A stretch of DNA of 64,000 bases from Eledone cirrhosa (taxonomy: Eukaryota): the NCBI GenBank assembly GCA_964016885.1, contig OZ024742.1, forward strand, positions 22,940,001-23,004,000. The letters run 5' to 3'. A program made the position numbers and the translations under genes. Within the stretch, counting starts at the first letter, position 1, and each line of letters starts with the position of its first letter. Shown here one piece after another: positions 61,393 through 64,000 of the stretch. Under the pieces are notes generated by a model. That model searched no databases and had not been told where the DNA came from. It saw only the letters and a list, made by a program, of their open reading frames with translations.

Positions 61393-63017
61393 ATTATATC
61401 CTGAAATATAAATAATTCAAGGATCACATCAAGATGTTAGATTACTAGATTCCTTAAAGATGATTATGTTTGTAATCAATACTTTGCCTTTGATAACACA
61501 TCCTCTATTTCTAAAACATCTTTTAAGAATTTAAATATTGTATAAACATGTATTGGTCAACTACTGAATGAATTCAACTGAAATATGTTTTCAGCTCGTT
61601 TTGTCTTTAGTTCATGTTTATATATATAGACTTTGACTACATGGAATCTACGAAAAGATGCAACAACAGAAACCCCTGTTTTACAGCTTCCCTTGTTTCC
61701 TATTTTACTTTTCTTTTTCGATTCGTTATGCATCATCTACCTCCCACTGGCCTTCAAATTTTGAAATTTGGATTTGGATTAATTTTTTTTCTTTCTGATT
61801 TTGTCCCGTTTTATTGTTTTTTATTACTTCTCTCACTAGCGCTTTTTGATTACCAACTCTGGAGAGTACTAAATACTTCCCCTAGTGTGGTATGGCTTAT
61901 TAGCTCTATACGGACTTTTAAATTGATTACATGAATAAATAAATTAAAAAAATAAATATCAATAAGATTTCAGACATATGTAAACTGAAAGATGTTGCAT
62001 CGATTTTCTTTGATTATTGACAGTATTAACAGTATGTTGATGCAATGTAAATAATTCACTCATCTAACATACCCTAAAACTATAATCCTAATTAGCATTT
62101 ATGATTTTATTTTAGTAATTAGGTTCAGAAGTCGAAAGCTAATTTAAAGCTTGCTCTATGAAAAGCCACAACATCTAAAGCAGTTAGAATACTAATCAGC
62201 CTAATTATTATGGATCCTGTGGTTATGAGAGCTATGTAGCTAGTAGGAGTATATGTATCACTATTAACCTTATGTTGCTACATTCAGATCACCGAGAAAC
62301 AAATAAAGTATTTCCTACATTCTCAGATACATTATCCTCAATATACTAGAAAAAGAGATAGGCTTGTGATAAAATTCCAAATAAAAGATGATTTACAGCT
62401 CTGAAGCTCTTACAATTCTAAATTCGTTTATAACAAGGTGAAAGACATATAATCTAATAGTTACAGAAAGTACACTTCTCTACAAAAAAAAAAAAAAAAG
62501 AAGATAAGTCACAAGGATAAGATATTTAGAATTAATTATATAAACTACTACTACACATGGATTAATTGATGTGATAATGTTTAAATATACACATTCACAA
62601 GCATGCACACACACACCATATGTATATATCTCTCCCTGTCTTTGTTTGTATCTCTCTCTCTCTTTCTTTCTCTCTCTCTACATATATACATACATATACA
62701 CACATACACACATGCACCCTTACACACATACATACACACACACACATACGTACAAACACATACGCATACACACACACACACACAGCTATATATGTGTAAT
62801 GGTGACAGATGTGAGACTAAGTACTCAATACCGAAGTATAGTTTCAATATTATTTACTGTGGCTATGTGATGAGTCTGGTTACTGTAGAGTTTTACCTGT
62901 GTACTCAGTAGATCATCAAACTAGATGAAATGTTCAGTGGCAGCGCGACAATAGAAATAGGGTCTTCCTCGATCTATACTTACTCTACAACTGAACGTAT
63001 AGTTTTTGCTAGTGATA

Positions 63018-63119
<102 letters not shown>

Positions 63120-63351
63120 ATATATATATTTATTAAAATAACAGATTAAAGTTTAAGCAAAGAATCGCTGCTTTCACCCTTAACGGGATCTTCTGAAACT
63201 ATCAAAGTCGTAAACATTTGCAACCGGAGGAAGACAGGAAGACGATACTTTGGACTAGAGTACGAAATGTTAAGACCCTCTTCCTGCTATATCAAGCGTT
63301 AACCTAATATATATACGTATATAAATATATACATATATATGTATGTGTATA

Positions 63352-63435
<84 letters not shown>

Positions 63436-63472
63436 ATTAAATAAATGTAAACTATATTTATAAAACCATATT

Positions 63473-63538
63473 TATTTCGTTATATATATTTCAGGGATAT
63501 CATATTAACAATATGTTATGCCATCTTCAGACAAAATA
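63473..63538 (-). ncRNA. Type I hammerhead motif, third copy of the 30.0/30.9 kb family
   Basis: TATTTTGT-CTGAAGA-TGG...CCT-GAA-AT(ATAT)AT-A^ACGAAATA, within a fragment at 63432-63676 flanked by (TA)n. Confidence 0.7.
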
Positions 63539-63739
63539 CAATATAAACAGTCTTATAAATAAATAGATATGACATACCTTTCAATCACCTTGCATTTGTG
63601 AGGTTGATTTGGCAGTTTTATATCAGTTATAAATATTTACTCGTTGTTAACCCAACAATTTAAATATAACTTTCCATATATATATATATATAAATTTATA
63701 TAAATAATATATACACACACGCACAGACACACAGACACA

Positions 63740-63799
<60 letters not shown>

Positions 63800-64000
63800 T
63801 ATATATACTCTAATATTTAGTAATCAATGGTATTCAATATTATTTAGATACATATATGTATTAGTACAGCATATTTTTGGCAAATTAAACTTCTACTTAA
63901 AGTTTCACCAAATAAATTGCATCTTTAAACGTAGTTTGCAATTCCAAATCGTTCATTCTATATGTTCTTGTATCAAACTTAATACATGCCATCTGGCACT

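Overview
AT-rich, microsatellite-saturated animal DNA. The SINE repertoire and (TA)n/(CA)n/(GA)n density suggest a cephalopod, probably Octopus (inference). I found no intact host gene, and most ORFs in the track are microsatellite translations. The window holds: (1) two decayed Penelope-like element (PLE) GIY-YIG endonuclease remnants (949-1356, ~10812-11410); (2) a frameshifted Chapaev3-like DNA transposon (24948-27571 or -27627); (3) many tRNA-derived SINEs, non-autonomous Helitrons and a MITE; (4) an ~18.2 kb (ACA/CCA)n array (39310-57530) with kb-scale higher-order repeats, which reads as a broken, intronless Thr/Pro mucin with a possible transmembrane tail; (5) about 15-20 minimal type I hammerhead ribozyme (HHR) motifs, near-intact to decayed. 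Many of the HHRs sit in short fold-back elements embedded in (TA)n and nest inside one another at 28.0-31.3 kb. All alignments and folds were done by eye, so the ends of decayed repeats are approximate.
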